Below are positions 12,519 to 25,430 of a DNA stretch of 64,000 nucleotides, one piece after another. Both the position numbers and the translations under genes were made by a program. The DNA comes from Chrysemys picta bellii (lineage: Eukaryota). The first letter of the stretch is position 1; every line of letters starts with the position of its first letter. The notes below the pieces were generated by a model, which saw only the letters and a list, made by a program, of their open reading frames with translations, had not been told where the DNA came from and searched no databases. The stretch is taken from positions 103,664,001-103,728,000 of the forward strand of contig NC_088796.1 of NCBI RefSeq assembly GCF_011386835.1, written 5' to 3'.

Positions 12519-14439
12519 TGATTTAAGTGCTTGGAGGCCTAAGTCTCATTGAAAAATCAATGGCACTTAGGAGTCAAAGTCCCTTTTAAAAATGGGATCT
12601 AAGCTCATAAGTAACTCAGGCTCCTTTCAAAATTTTACCCATTATCTTTCAATCATGCATCTGTCAGATTTGGACTCACACTATATGTTGTATTTTACCA
12701 TTGGGTTACTCACCGCCTCTGTTTTTTTGGCACAGAGTGGGAAGTTAAGCCAATTGTACCTCTTTGTGGTCGACATTATCTGAACAGCTGGTCACTTCCA
12801 GATGGGGTGGAGGGGGGGGAAATCAAATATAGTTCTAGTCAAGTAAAGAGATTTCATTTTACCTGTATTGGCCAATGTATGCAAAAAAAGACGTTATAGT
12901 CATTAACACCTGTCTACCAAGTATATACTGTTCTAGCAGTATAATGCATCTCCAATTTCCTTCAAATTCATTTAGTGTACTGATGCTTAAAAATTCTAAG
13001 ACACACTATGATTAATAATATGATTGAGAATAGAAGATTATTAAGGTTAATCATAACTGGCCTCACAATAACATTTTGGAAAAAAGCCATTCAATGGTTG
13101 CTGAAAAGAGTCAAGCCACATGTGTCTACCGATGTTGAAATAGAATTATTTTTGCAAAGACTTAGCAGGTCACTTTTCTGGCTTGATTCTCTATAGCAAG
13201 CCCTGGCTCAAAACACTTTCTTGGAGCCTTAATTCATTTTCTAATCTGAAAATAAAACCACATCTAACAGAGTAGTTCAACAGTTCATATTATAAAGGCA
13301 GATCCCAAATCAATGAGAAGATAGGGAAAGAAGCATTTGTTCACCACATTTTGAGAGCTGAAATATAAAACAAGGATGATAAAAAGCAGAGCCATATGGT
13401 CATTTCTTAATGAGAACCAGGAAGATGTCACTGGAGAAGAATGGGAACTCATTTTTAGCACTTTCCCCTAAGTGTTCTGCATAAAAAGGCTTATCTTTTT
13501 ATTGGATTTACTAGCCTAGTAGCACAGAAGAAATAAAAACCCGCATTGTCATAAGGACAATAAGGTTTCAGAGCGACAATGAGACACTTACTATATTTTA
13601 TCCTCTCTTGTTCCCTGAACCTCTGCCTTGGAAATCTTCAACGTTGGGTCTCCAAGGATGAAGAGCTGCCAACAGTGATCCTCTCAAAGTAGACCTATGC
13701 TGCTAATTCATTAAGTGTCAATAAAAAGAATTGTTCATTCTATTCCTCCAGCTGGCTGTCTACAGTGGTGGGTGGTGACTAATAGAATGATGTAATCTGA
13801 AGTGGCCGTCAGAGTTCATCTTCCAGTAAGGAATTGCAGCTGCAGAATCGGCAGCTTTTACTTGGGAGTAGCTTGGCCACATCTTGCATTAAAGAGTCTT
13901 GTAGCAGTTGCTTCTCTTCCCCAAAGTAAGACATAGGAAAGGAGGAAATTACAAGGAACCATAATGGGGGTCAACAGTATGGCTGACATCCAGCATCAAT
14001 GAAACAAGGACCATTAAAGTAATCCCAATGTAGTAAAACGTAGGGAAGAAAACTTGAGGAATAAAAATACTAAATCAAACACAGTGTTTTTTAAAGTTAA
14101 GTCAGCTAAATTAAAATACAAACCAAAGCAGCTTCTGCTTCCCTTCACCCTTCATCGGGACTGCTGAGACAGGCCTCAAGGTGCCCAGTTGAGTTTGCTA
14201 GTGCTGGACCCTCTGTACCCTTCCACCAAGGTTAGGGTATGACACTACTCACACTGTGACACCGCTACTGTGTAGCCATCTGTTGCATACCCAATCTGCT
14301 GCTTCCCTGACCAACTGCTGTTAATGGCAGTACTAGGACGAGGCTCTTGCTGTCTGAACCGGTTTCTACCTATGGCTCTGGTGACTTGAAAGCAACACCA
14401 AGACAAGCCTTTTTGGAACCTAGGCTCTCCCTCCTAAAG

Positions 14440-15182
14440 TAGGGTTACCATACGTCCGGTTTTTCCCGGACATGTCCGGCTTTTTGGTAATCAAACCCCC
14501 GTCCGGGGGGAATTGCCAAAAAGCCAAACATGTCTGGGAAAATACCACCAGCTGGGCACTTCCCCTCCCGCAGCTGCTGTGCTCCTCCCCTGACTCTTCA
14601 GCTCTGTTTAAAGCCGAGCTGCCCGAGCGCTACCGGCTTCGGGCAGCCCCCATGCCTCCGGACCCTGAGCCGCCGGCCGGGCACTTCCCCTCCCGGGCTC
14701 CAGGGGTGCAGGGTCCGGAGGCATGGGGGCTGCCCAAAGCCGGTAGCGCTGGGGCAGCTCGGCGCTTACAGAGCCCAGGAGTTCAGGGAGCACAGCAGCC
14801 GCCAAAGCCCGGGAGGGGAAGTGTCCAGCCGGGGGCGCAGGGTCCGGAGGCATGGGGGCTGCCCGAAGCCTGAGCGCTACCGGCTTCACGGTTTGCTGGG
14901 CAGCCTCCAGACCCTGCGCCCCCGGCTGGGCGCTTCCCCTCCCGGGCTCCGGCTGCGCTGGGGAAGCGCCGGCCAGGGGCGCAGGGTCTGGGGGCTACCC
15001 AGCAAACCGTGAAGCCGGTAGCACTCGGGCAGCCCTTTTCGCGTGGCTGGGAGGGAGGAGGGGGAGTTAGGGCGGGGACTTTGGGGAAGGGGTGGAGTCG
15101 GGGCGGGGCCGGGGTGGGAAAGGGGCGGGGCCAGGGCCCGTGGAGTGTCCTCATATTTTATTTTTTAAATATGGTATCCCTA
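14440..15182. mobile_element. Non-autonomous hAT-like element, GC-rich with internal foldbacks
   Basis: TIRs TAGGGTTACCATA and TATGGTATCCCTA; CCTAAAG duplicated at 14433-14439 and 15183-15189. Confidence 0.8.
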
Positions 15183-15250
15183 CCTAAAGCCTTGTCTACA
15201 TTAAGGATTTTTCTACCGGTTTAACTACAATGATGTAGCTGCACCCGAGC

Positions 15251-15375
15251 TAGGGTGACCAGATGTCCTGATTTTATAGGGACAGTCCCGATTTTTGGGT
15301 CTTTTTCTTATATAGGCTCCTATTACCCCCCCACCCTCTGTCCCAATTTTTCACATTTGCTGTCTGGTCAACCTA
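15251..15375. mobile_element. hAT MITE (125 bp) inserted into a Harbinger MITE
   Basis: TIRs TAGGGTGACCAGA and TCTGGTCAACCTA; 8-bp TSD acccgagc / acccaagc. Confidence 0.85.
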
Positions 15376-15991
15376 ACCCAAGCAAAGCCCTAATAGACAC
15401 ACAGCACTGGTGTAAAACATAGCATGCACACTGCAGTGAGTCCACAGGAGGGGTTTGCAATGGAGTTGGTTGAAAGTTTTCCAACAGAACAGTCTTCAGG
15501 CAGAAAATGCTGATTTGACAAATTCTGAACATTTCACAGGAACATACAGATTTCAATGACATTTTTAATGAAAATTATCAAAGCATTTCATTTCAATGAG
15601 GTCAAAGCACTTTGTTTCAACTTAATACATATAAAAGCTGAAACAATACAGCCGAAATGAGGTGTTCTGTTTTTCTGAAATTTTGTTTCACAGGAAATTT
15701 CAAAAAAATGTTTTTTTCTGATTCAGGATGAAAGGAAATTTTAAGATGTTGGAATTTCCCATGGAATGGAAATTCAGAGTTTCAGCCATCTCTACCTTGC
15801 AGTGGGGCAGCTACATCAGGATAACTACACTGATGCAAAAATCCTGAGTGATCATAAGCGGCAAGACTCCTAGCTAGCCAGTGTTTTCTTCCCCCAGGTT
15901 AAGGATTGTGTTCCTTCAAACACTTGGTAATAACTGCAATGCCTGATAAAGAGAGTCATCATGCCCTTGCAGTATGAAGCACTATACATGT

Positions 15992-16771
15992 TGTTACAGT
16001 TCCTGGGCAACTGTACCTGTATTCCCCCTTCCCCACCTCTCTCTGTGGTTCACTCCAGGCGTTGAGGTCTCCTACTATCACCTGTCTCTAGATAGGGACT
16101 CTTGTCCCACTCACTTCTGACTGGAGGATTTTAAGGCTGCACAGCTCCCTGCCTTCCACTGTGACAGTCCAAGCAAGCCCGTCTGCCTCAGAGCCAGAGC
16201 CTGTATTACCAACATTTACAAGTTACCACATAGCTCTTTCTAAGCAAACACCTTTATTCTTAAGGGAAAAGCATTACAGAAACAAAAACCAATAAAAATT
16301 CCTATGCACATGCTAAAAGCTCACAAGAGGTCACCAGTCTTCTGAAGGTGCCATAGTAATTCAAGTCCTTCCAACCTTTCCACATGGATTAGGAGCCTCC
16401 CTTTTGGACAGAAGTCCTTTTCAACTGCTGGATCAGAAAGAAGGCCCTAAATCAGTTCAAACTCATCCTTTTATACCAAAAGCCCTTTCTTTATCTCCTA
16501 GTCTCTGGAAAAAGGAGTTTGAACCAATGCATGTAGATCACTCCATTGGGTGATACCGTTCTCTGGAGGTGGTTAATCTCAGTGTTTCAAATTAATCACC
16601 TCCCACTGTTTGGTTCCTATAGGAGCTGTGGTCATGCACACACACCCACACACACCCTGCCCCCCTTGGAGTGGAATACAATCATACCTTTAATACAAGA
16701 TGGTCCCCAAAAATCCTGCATGCGATTTCAATATCTGTCACACATGCCTGATGGCATTTGTAGGCATTACA
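15992..16771 (-). mobile_element. Probable solo LTR
   Basis: TG...CA termini (tgttacag...cattaca); minus-strand AATAAA near 16253; TSD not confirmed. Confidence 0.5.
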
Positions 16772-17274
16772 TTTGTTTATACACAGTTTCTCTTTTACAG
16801 ATGTGGATACAGGGATTGGCTTGAAAACGAGGGACTTTTTATAATAGTATTAATTACCCAGCAATCAGTTTGTTTCAAATAATTGTTTTTCTAAATCACT
16901 GAGAATCTACATTTTTAAAACGTTAGTCTTATTTCAGAGCAAGTCTTCTAAAAAAGAACCAGCAGAGGCATATGGGCTGTTATTTTTATACATCCACTAG
17001 CACTGGAGATGAGAAAACATTAGGGTCACCTAGTGCCATTTTTCCAGCTCCATCTCACCACTCTAGAGTAAAAAAATAAAAATAAAAAATCTCAAGTATT
17101 CAATGTGTAAGGTGGTCATTAAATCTAACAATAGTAAATTGGATGCTCTCAAAACCTAGGATAATTTTAACCCAGGAATACATGGGTTCATTTCCATAGA
17201 AAAATTGTATTATTTCCTGCAGGAAATACAGTTAAATCTGAAGCAGAGATTCTCAGTCTTTGGTTCATTATGAT

Positions 17275-17678
17275 TAGGTCTACGATTCCAGGGACCACCC
17301 TGACAATTTCTGCCCCAGGGCTAGACTGCGGTCAGCAGGCAGCCCCACAGCTCTCAGCCGCTGCTGCGGGTGGGGGGGGGGCCAGCAGCTCCAAGCCTCT
17401 GGGCAGCAGGGGAACCCCAGGGCTCCCACTTGACATGGGCAGCTAGGACCCCCCGCAGCAGCCCAGCTGCGATGGGCAGCAGGGAAAGGGGACCCCGCAG
17501 CAATCCAGCCACAGCAGGCAGGGGAGGGCAGGGAGACCCTGCAGCAGTCCAGCCACTGTGGGTGCTGGACCCTCCTCCCTCCCCATTTTGTCAGGGATAC
17601 TTTTAGTAAAAAACAAGGACAGGCCACAGGCTTCCGTGAAATTTTACTAAAAATATCTGTGACAAAATCAGAGCCTTA
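17275..17678. mobile_element. Non-autonomous hAT element
   Basis: Degenerate TAGGTCT...AGAGCCTTA termini with 8-bp TSD attatgat / attataat. Confidence 0.7.
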
Positions 17679-19050
17679 ATTATAATGCAGTAGGACCTAA
17701 GGCCTTGATGCTGTAAATAGAACCCTGTTGTGCCCCCGCACAGCCACATTGAAGCCATTTTCAGGCCCATTTGAAAAGAGCCCCAGTGATGTCAGTTAGG
17801 CTCCACATATGCAAAGGGATTTTCCCAAAAGATTCAATCAGGGCCTTAAAATGGGAATTATTTCCTAGAATTTCAGTTCCATTAAGACCTGATCCTGCAA
17901 AGACAACAGCACAGGCAGAACCCTAGAATTTGCAGACTCAACAAGAGGATTATTTTATTACTTGGGGGGGAAAAAAATTGGAATTCCAGAATTGCCAGCC
18001 GCAAGGGTTCAAAAATCTTAAATCAGATCCCAAAAAACATGAGATTGGTTTTAAAATCATGTAAAAATAATAATATAAATAAAGAGTCAGACTGGCTTTT
18101 GTCTGCCTTTTCATCGTTTTCAGTTGTAGGGGGAAACTGCCATTTTTGTGTGGTCCAAACTTGTGTGGTCATCTCAGGGTCAAAACAAAACCTTAAACAC
18201 TCACAAATCCCAGTTCACTGCTCACAGGGTATTTTATTTACCGTCTCCTATCCTCTGGGGGTGTGGGAGCTGCCATTCTCTCTCCTCCCCCATACCTACA
18301 CATGATAGGCAGATGCCCCGCTTATGTGCTGCTCCACAGACTCCTGCATCTCATTGTTCTTCTCACAGTCACCTGCCCATCACATTGTGTCTCTGCCATG
18401 GCACATTCCCCTACTACTCCCCTCCGCCAGTCTCCTGTCCCCACATTCCCCTGCACTTCCCCTCAGTTAGCCTCCTCCTACATTTGCACAGGCTCCTATC
18501 CAGTCTCCCAACACCTCCCTTGCCTGCTGCCCTTGGAGTTTCCTTACAGAAACCTCCACATTCTCCTCCTCTTCCTGGCCCTCACCTGGAAAGCAAGATG
18601 TCACCCATTTTCCCTGAGGGCAGCCTGACTTCAGCCCCATTGGGAAAAAATAGGAGAAGATATCCTTCTTTGCTGGGGACAGCCTATGGGTTCAGTCCCA
18701 TTGACACTAATGGGAGATTGTGACCATTTTGGGTAAGGACAAAATTTCAAGTCATTGAAGGAAATATCAAGAAATTCTTGAGAACTCTCTAAAAAAACCC
18801 ATCAAGTATTGTGAGATTCACAATAAAATTGTGAGCCAGCAACATCAACCTTTATTTGCCAGATACAGACTAAAAACTTTAGGTTCCAGATAATTGACTT
18901 TAAAGAACAGTCTACAAGAGTATCAGATGTTTTTTCTTTTTCTCCTATTTATTATAAAAATAGAATAATTATTGTGAAGAACAAACATTTAAAAAAGCAA
19001 ACCCACTTTTCCCCTAATGTGATGAAAGAAGCAAGATGTTAATAATGTTT

Positions 19051-20134
19051 TACTCCTGGGGGAATTACGTGCCACTGTGCATGAGCAGAATTTATGTCCC
19101 CTGCAGATTTCTTTGCTTCCTCACAGAAAAATGACTTTCTGATGGGGAAGCAGAGGGAAACCAGAAGAGCGGTCATGCGACCCTCCCCAGCAGTATGCTT
19201 TGGTAAATCAAGCAGAGAGGTAAATCATTGTGGGACAGGAGGTGGGACTGTGGAAGACCCAGCTGGTGGCGCCTACCCTGCGCCGGGCTCAGCTTCTAGT
19301 CCCGGCTGGGTTGGGGAGGACTGGATTTCTGCTTCCCCTGCACGGCATCTGGGGCCAGGTCAGACCCAACCCAAGATTTCCCCCCCGGCTGCAGGAAGCT
19401 CTGCAAACTACCCTCCACTCCCACCCCCCACACCCATCACTCCTCAGTTGCAGAGGGAGGGATCCCAGTACAGGGAGCAGCTCCCCCATTCACCCAACCC
19501 CCATGCATCCAGACCCCCCCTCATAGCCAGACTCTCCTGCCAAGCCTCACCCCCCACACACTTAGGACTCCCCCAATGAGCCCCACTCCCCCAACATCTG
19601 GACTCCCCCCCAAAGCCCACTACTCCCAGACCCCCCTAACTGAGCCCCAACCACCTTCACCTGGACCCCCCTGCAGAGTCCCATTACCGTTGCACCCAGA
19701 ACCCCCCCCCCAACAAGCCCCTGTGCATCCAGATCCCCCCCGTATCCAGATTCCCCACTGAGCCGCCCGCACCCAGATAGAGCCCTATCAACCCACACCT
19801 GGATCCCCCCACACTAAGCTGCTCCACACTTGGATCCTGCCTTGCTGAGTCTGCCTGCCCACACAGAGGGGCAGGGCCGTGGGGCATTTCTGGGGCAAGC
19901 CCAGCCCTTGTGTTGTGTCAGGGTTGGGTGCAGCCTCACCGCTGAGTCTGTGTCCTGGCCGGGGGGGAGCTGCACAGTGATCTTCCACCTCTGTGCAGCC
20001 AGTGGCCTGTGCTCCCAAATGCCATGCTGGATCCTCCACATTTATTTGACAAATAAAATGTGCAGAATTTGCTGAATTTTAAAATACTGTGAGCAGAATT
20101 TTTAATTTTTTGGCACAGAATGCCCTTGGGAGCA
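19051..20134. mobile_element. Non-autonomous TIR DNA element (TACTCC...GGAGCA), superfamily uncertain
   Basis: TIRs tactcctgggggaattacgtgcca and tggcacagaatgcccttgggagca; flanking (a)atgttt duplication; C-rich interior. Confidence 0.7.
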
Positions 20135-20807
20135 ATGTTTAATGCAACAAGTAGGCAAGCATCCATCTTTTATCCTGCCAAATGGAGATTTATGAAGATA
20201 ATAGTCATGATTTTGAGGAGGCAAAACAATATGCTTGGACTCTAGTACTGTATTCCTTAAATATACAAGTAGGAGGATCTATATATACACAAGTTTTCTG
20301 AACAATTATTTACATGCCATAATTCAATAATCCCTCCTCCTCATCCCTTCTCTCTCAGTACCTTTATTTTTCACTTATGAAATTAAACTAAACAGCTGTT
20401 TATTTTGAATTGCTCTCTTGTAGTTTTTTAGGATTGAGATTGTTAATTTGTATATAAACCCACCTCTTTAATCCTAAATGCTGTTTTGCTGCAAGATCAC
20501 TTAATGTATTTGATATGACTGGCTAATATTTAACTCAGTTTAAAAAGCTACATTAAAAGAACAATAAGTTTGCAAAGTCAAGTAATAACATTTAGATTTC
20601 CCTCACAACCTTAACTCTGCCCACTTAGGCATATATGTTACAATACAGTTCTCAATTACATGATAAGATAATGATTTCCACAGCACTCCTACTTCCTTCA
20701 GTACACAGGTTATATAGCAGGTATTGAATATTAACTACAATTGTGCAAAAAAATTGAAATTTCTGTTCTGCAGGAAATATCAATATTTCAACATTTGTTT
20801 TTCCCCT

Positions 20808-21580
20808 TAATTGGGAAACTGCCTTCAGACCTGGGTAGCTGGAGAGTGGCGGAGGCTGGCTGGCCACTCAGCTCTGAAGGCAGCACCACAACCAGCAGCA
20901 GCGCAGAAGTACAGGTGGCAATACCATACCATGACACCCTTATTTCTGCACTGCTGCTGGCAGTGGCACTGTCTTCAGAGCTGGGCTCCCAGCCAGCAGC
21001 TGCAGAGCTTCCTGCAGCAGGAGGAGGTTTCTGAAGGTAGGTCTTCCCCATCCCTCACCAGTCTGGCCAGGGCCAGCAGCTGGAGTCTGGCATACAGTAG
21101 GAGCTCTCAGCCAGGGCACCCCCAGCCCTACCTCTCCCTGGCTTCAGGCTCAGTGCCCCAGCACTTGGGAGTTACCGGGGCCAAGAGCAGGGGGAGGTGA
21201 GTTTGACTCCCACCAACCATGGTGCCCTGGGTGGTCGCCCATGTCGCCCATCCATCAGGCCAGGCCAGCCCTGCCCCCTGCAATGAGGACCCCCCCCTCA
21301 TACCATGCCACCCTCACTTTTGCGCTGCTACTGGTAGCGGTGCTGCTCTCCCGCCACCCATCTCTGAAGGCAGTGCCACCACCAGAAACAGCACACAAGT
21401 AAGCGTGGCAACACCGCAACCCCTCTACAATAGCCTTCCGACCTCCCTGTAACCCCATTTGGGTTGGGACCCCACGATTACAACACTGTGGAATTCAGAT
21501 GCAAGTTTCTGAAATGGTGAAATTTACTATTTTTTAAATCTTATGACCGTGAAATTGATCGAAAATGTGGTAGGGCCCTA
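20808..21580 (-). mobile_element. hAT element of the same family as 37065-38032, with a nested CAGGGCC-type insert (about 21069-21273)
   Basis: Ends GGTAGGGCCCTA at 21580 and shares agctctgaaggcagc...gcagaag blocks with the 37-kb copy; left end unclear. Confidence 0.65.
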
Positions 21581-24500
21581 CCCATGAGGCATTGCAAAAG
21601 CCTAGGCAGATGGAATTGAAGGTCAAGCTGACTTGAAACTAAATGCAGTTTGTATTGCTCGCCTCAAGAGATCAAAATCAGCAGGTAGACCCCTAAAGAT
21701 TGACCCTAAAATCATGGGATTTTAAAAACAGGGTTTTGTTTTTTTTAAGCCTGCCTTGACTTTTTTCTTCTACTCCTCTGCCAACATGTGAAATAATTTC
21801 AGATTGAAAAAATAACCTTTAAGGCATACCTCACCCTGGATGCTATAAAGGAGACTCGCCTTATCCTTCGCCTCATCACTAAGAGAGAGGAACTGCCATT
21901 CATTTCTTCTTGTTGTATTGACTCCCTACTCTCTTACTTTCTGACCTTCCATTCAGATAACCTTATTCCCTGAATTTCCACCCAGGCATTCTCTTGCCCT
22001 ACTACACAGTCACCTGAACCTTCCTAAAACAAAGAATCATGAGACTATTTTAGAAAACCCTAGATTTGTTCACACACCACACACACACACACTTCGGAAC
22101 TGAGGGGTTGCAGTACAAAACCCTAAGACAGCTAGATAATGTGCACTGAATTCAGTACTGATCCTTACATGATTAAGATTTAATGCCAGAGAGAGTTACT
22201 GTTTTAGGCCACAGTTTAACATAATTACACAATCCATTTGAAATACAATAGCTATATTTATAATCTTTAAATATTATTTTTAAAATAACTTTTGCATTTA
22301 ATCATTTAAAAAAATTGCAAACCATTCTACCTTCTTTGTATTAGTTTGAGTCAATATAGTTTATTCAGTAATTAAAAAAAAATCTAATGACAGTTAATTG
22401 TACAAAGAGCCAAAAATTAATGTTAGGTTTTCTTTATCCTGCTCATTCACTGCTCCTGGACCCAGCTTCAGTTCTTCCTACTCCCACCTTGTGCTGCCCC
22501 AACCCACTACTCATTTATACTCAAACAGACCCTGCCTTTAAGGACAGGTTTATGTTCTCCAGCTAGAAAGCTTTTTGCTGAGAGTTAGAGATATGTGGGA
22601 ATCAGAATTTCCATTTCATGGGAAATTCTGCAATTTCAAAATTTGTTCTTTTTCCAAACTGGAACATCAAAAATATTATTTTGGCAGTTTTCCCTGCAGT
22701 GTACTCCCACAGTAATAATACCAGTATGCAAAGAAAGAGCTGATCTCCAAAAACTCAAATCCATGTTGCAGTTACAAATACTGAGCCCCATTATGTGTCT
22801 AAGTTCAGACTTTGTACAAATGTTGATTACTCCCTCATCTTCCTCCTTCCAGAGCTACCTGAATCTCTTACTACAAAAAAGTTATAAAAGGTTCTGATCC
22901 TATCATAAAGTGGAGTGAATTTAACATGTTTTTTTCAGTTACATCACTTTTTGTCCAATTTACTATAGAAGTTTTTGTAGTTACAATGCAAAGCATTTGA
23001 CAACTCTATATAAATAATTAATACTTGGCAGGTTTTCAATTTATATAAAATACAGCGGCCATCTGCCAACCCTGACCCTCCTTCCTCCCTTCCTGCAATC
23101 TCTACCGATGATCTCTCTTCCCAGCCTCTAACTGTTTTGCCGACGCCTTTAAAATTGTTTTTGTGAAAGGTCTCTTCTCTCTAAATACTGCTACAGAGCA
23201 AACAACTATCCTTACAGAAACAGCAGGGTATTGCATGCACTGCGTGTCCAGTAAGATCTATATACTACCAAAAATGCTACATGCATCTCATTTCTGTAGA
23301 AGCAGTGAACTGGGCTCCAGAAACTGCAAGTTTCCTCATGACTGTTTCCTGCTAATAATCTGAAAGTTGCCAGAGTAACTTGAACCTCTCCCCTCTCCAC
23401 ACCCAATCCCTAGGTCACTAACCTTCCCAGCACTGACAGCAAGGACTCTCTGAAAAAGAATGACAAAATCTAAAACAACTTTGCATATACAGGGAACGGT
23501 TTGCCAGAGATTTGAACTATGATAAAAAAAATCAGCCCTTCTGAGCCTACCATTATTTTTAAGAGCCCTTTGGTTATAGGCATATTAGGATTTTGCACTT
23601 TACAGTTAAAAACAAAAATACAAAAAAAAACCAAACCTGGCAACAACTATGCAACTATTTGTTCAACTTGCCCTTAATTCTCCTACTCCCCTTTCCTCCT
23701 CCCCACATTTTATATCCTTATTACATCAGATAATGCTACATCAATGATGTAGTACAATACAGTACAGTACATCTGGTGGCTTAGGTAATAAATCACAAGT
23801 CTATTTTTCTAAGCTTTTACAAAAAATGTTATCTGCTTCTTTCCTACTAGCAGTACTATAGATTTAAATGGCCTGCTTAGCTTCATAAGCTAGCTCACCA
23901 AGCCTGGCACAAGAGTTTCACAGCTACGTCATATGCTTGACATGTTAACAGTGAGTCCCCAGTTACATTCTGAAATTTTCATTTTACAGTTTTTAGAAGT
24001 CTCCACTTGCCACATTATACCAAGATAAGGGACAGTTTGAGAGATCTGTCCTGGCCTCTCATCTGGCAATAGAGGCAGCAAACACTAAAACCAACCTTCC
24101 TGTTTGGGAACTCCCATCATCTTCTCAAAATGCAGCTACAACATACTTCCAGCACTGCAACAACATTTGACGCATAGGGTCAGATTTTCAAACCAGCCTC
24201 AGGAATTATGAGCACAACACCCATTTGTGGTAGATCTCAGTTACTCAATTTGCACATGTAATAAGCTGCTTGAACACACAGCATTCACATGTGCATTTCA
24301 GAGGCTTAGTTTGAAAAATTGGCCCCTGCCACAAAGGATATGCCAAACCAGGATTTTAAAAACTTTAGATGTGTTCCTACCTTCCTTTTACTTCCTAGTC
24401 CTGTCAAACTACCACAGTTTGCAGATTGCTTAAAATACCATATTTAATGCTCTCCAACTGAAAGTAAAGTGCTTAACAGTAACTTCAGCTCAGTCCAAGC

Positions 24501-24824
24501 AACATCAAGTAACAGCTGTGTAATCAGGATTTCTGCCACTGGTTACATGGATGTGCTTATACTCTAGTGCATCTTCAAATTATCCCAAAGAGGAGACGAA
24601 TGCCTGGATTTCACAGTGGAGTCTCTTTTTAAACACATACGAAGTATTTTAATCATCATCATACCAATGGATTTTAAAGATTGAATGTCTGGATTAAAGT
24701 ATCAACTAGAAAAACTTGTGAGCCACACTGCAGTACATTTAAATCCTGAGTTACTAGCTCAAAGTTTCAATATGTTTAATTCGGACAGTCACTGGCAAAT
24801 TTTAAAGCATTTATCCCCTTTACA

Positions 24825-25240
24825 TTTTGTCAGACATCGGGTTGGAAGTGAACATGTCGAAGACTAAGTGGATGCGGAATGAGCATTGTGCAGAAGGAAT
24901 CATCACTGAAAATGGGAAAGTAATCGAGGAGGTCAATAAATATATTTACCTGGGTCAACAGCTGAAAAGAGGAGGAGGAGAAAGGTGGGGTGGGCAAGTT
25001 TCAACAAAATAAAGATGTCTCTAACAGATGATGAGCCTCCATGAAGAAAAGGAAAGAACTGTTTAACTCCACTCCCAACTTAACTTTAACTGCCAGCAAT
25101 GATATACGGAGATGAAAGCTGGTCAATGACGAAAGCGGAGGAAGAAAAATTCGCTGTCACCCAGACAGCAATGGAAAGTGGAATGTGTAAGATATCGCTC
25201 CATGATCACATACCGAATGAGAAGATCAGAAGGCATACAG
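24825..25240 (+). mobile_element. RTE-type LINE RT fragment (different lineage from 4595-6240)
   Basis: GLEVNMSKTKWMRN...IEEVNKYIYLGQ, followed by degenerate LFNS...AMIYGDESWSMTKAEEEKFAVTQTAME. Confidence 0.75.
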
Positions 25241-25242
25241 AG

Positions 25243-25430
25243 TTGGGCTGTCAACCAATTTAAAAAAATTAATCACACGATTAATTGCACTGTTAAACAA
25301 TAATAGAATACCAGTTATTTAAATATTTTTGGATGTTTTCTACATATATATTGATTTCAATTACAACACAGAACACAGTACAGGGATCACCTTATATTTA
25401 TTTTTGATTACAAAAATATTTGTGCCGTAA
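25243..25430. mobile_element. AT-rich hAT MITE fragment
   Basis: Starts with a TAGGGCTGTC-like terminus followed by attaatcacacgattaattgcac. Confidence 0.45.

Noticed and set aside
14472-15224. Overlapping 70-160-aa ORFs on both strands
   Set aside because: By-products of a GC-rich repetitive hAT interior; Pro/Gly/Ala-rich with no domain
19094-20075. Several Pro-rich ORFs
   Set aside because: Inside a C-rich non-autonomous TIR element; compositional artefact
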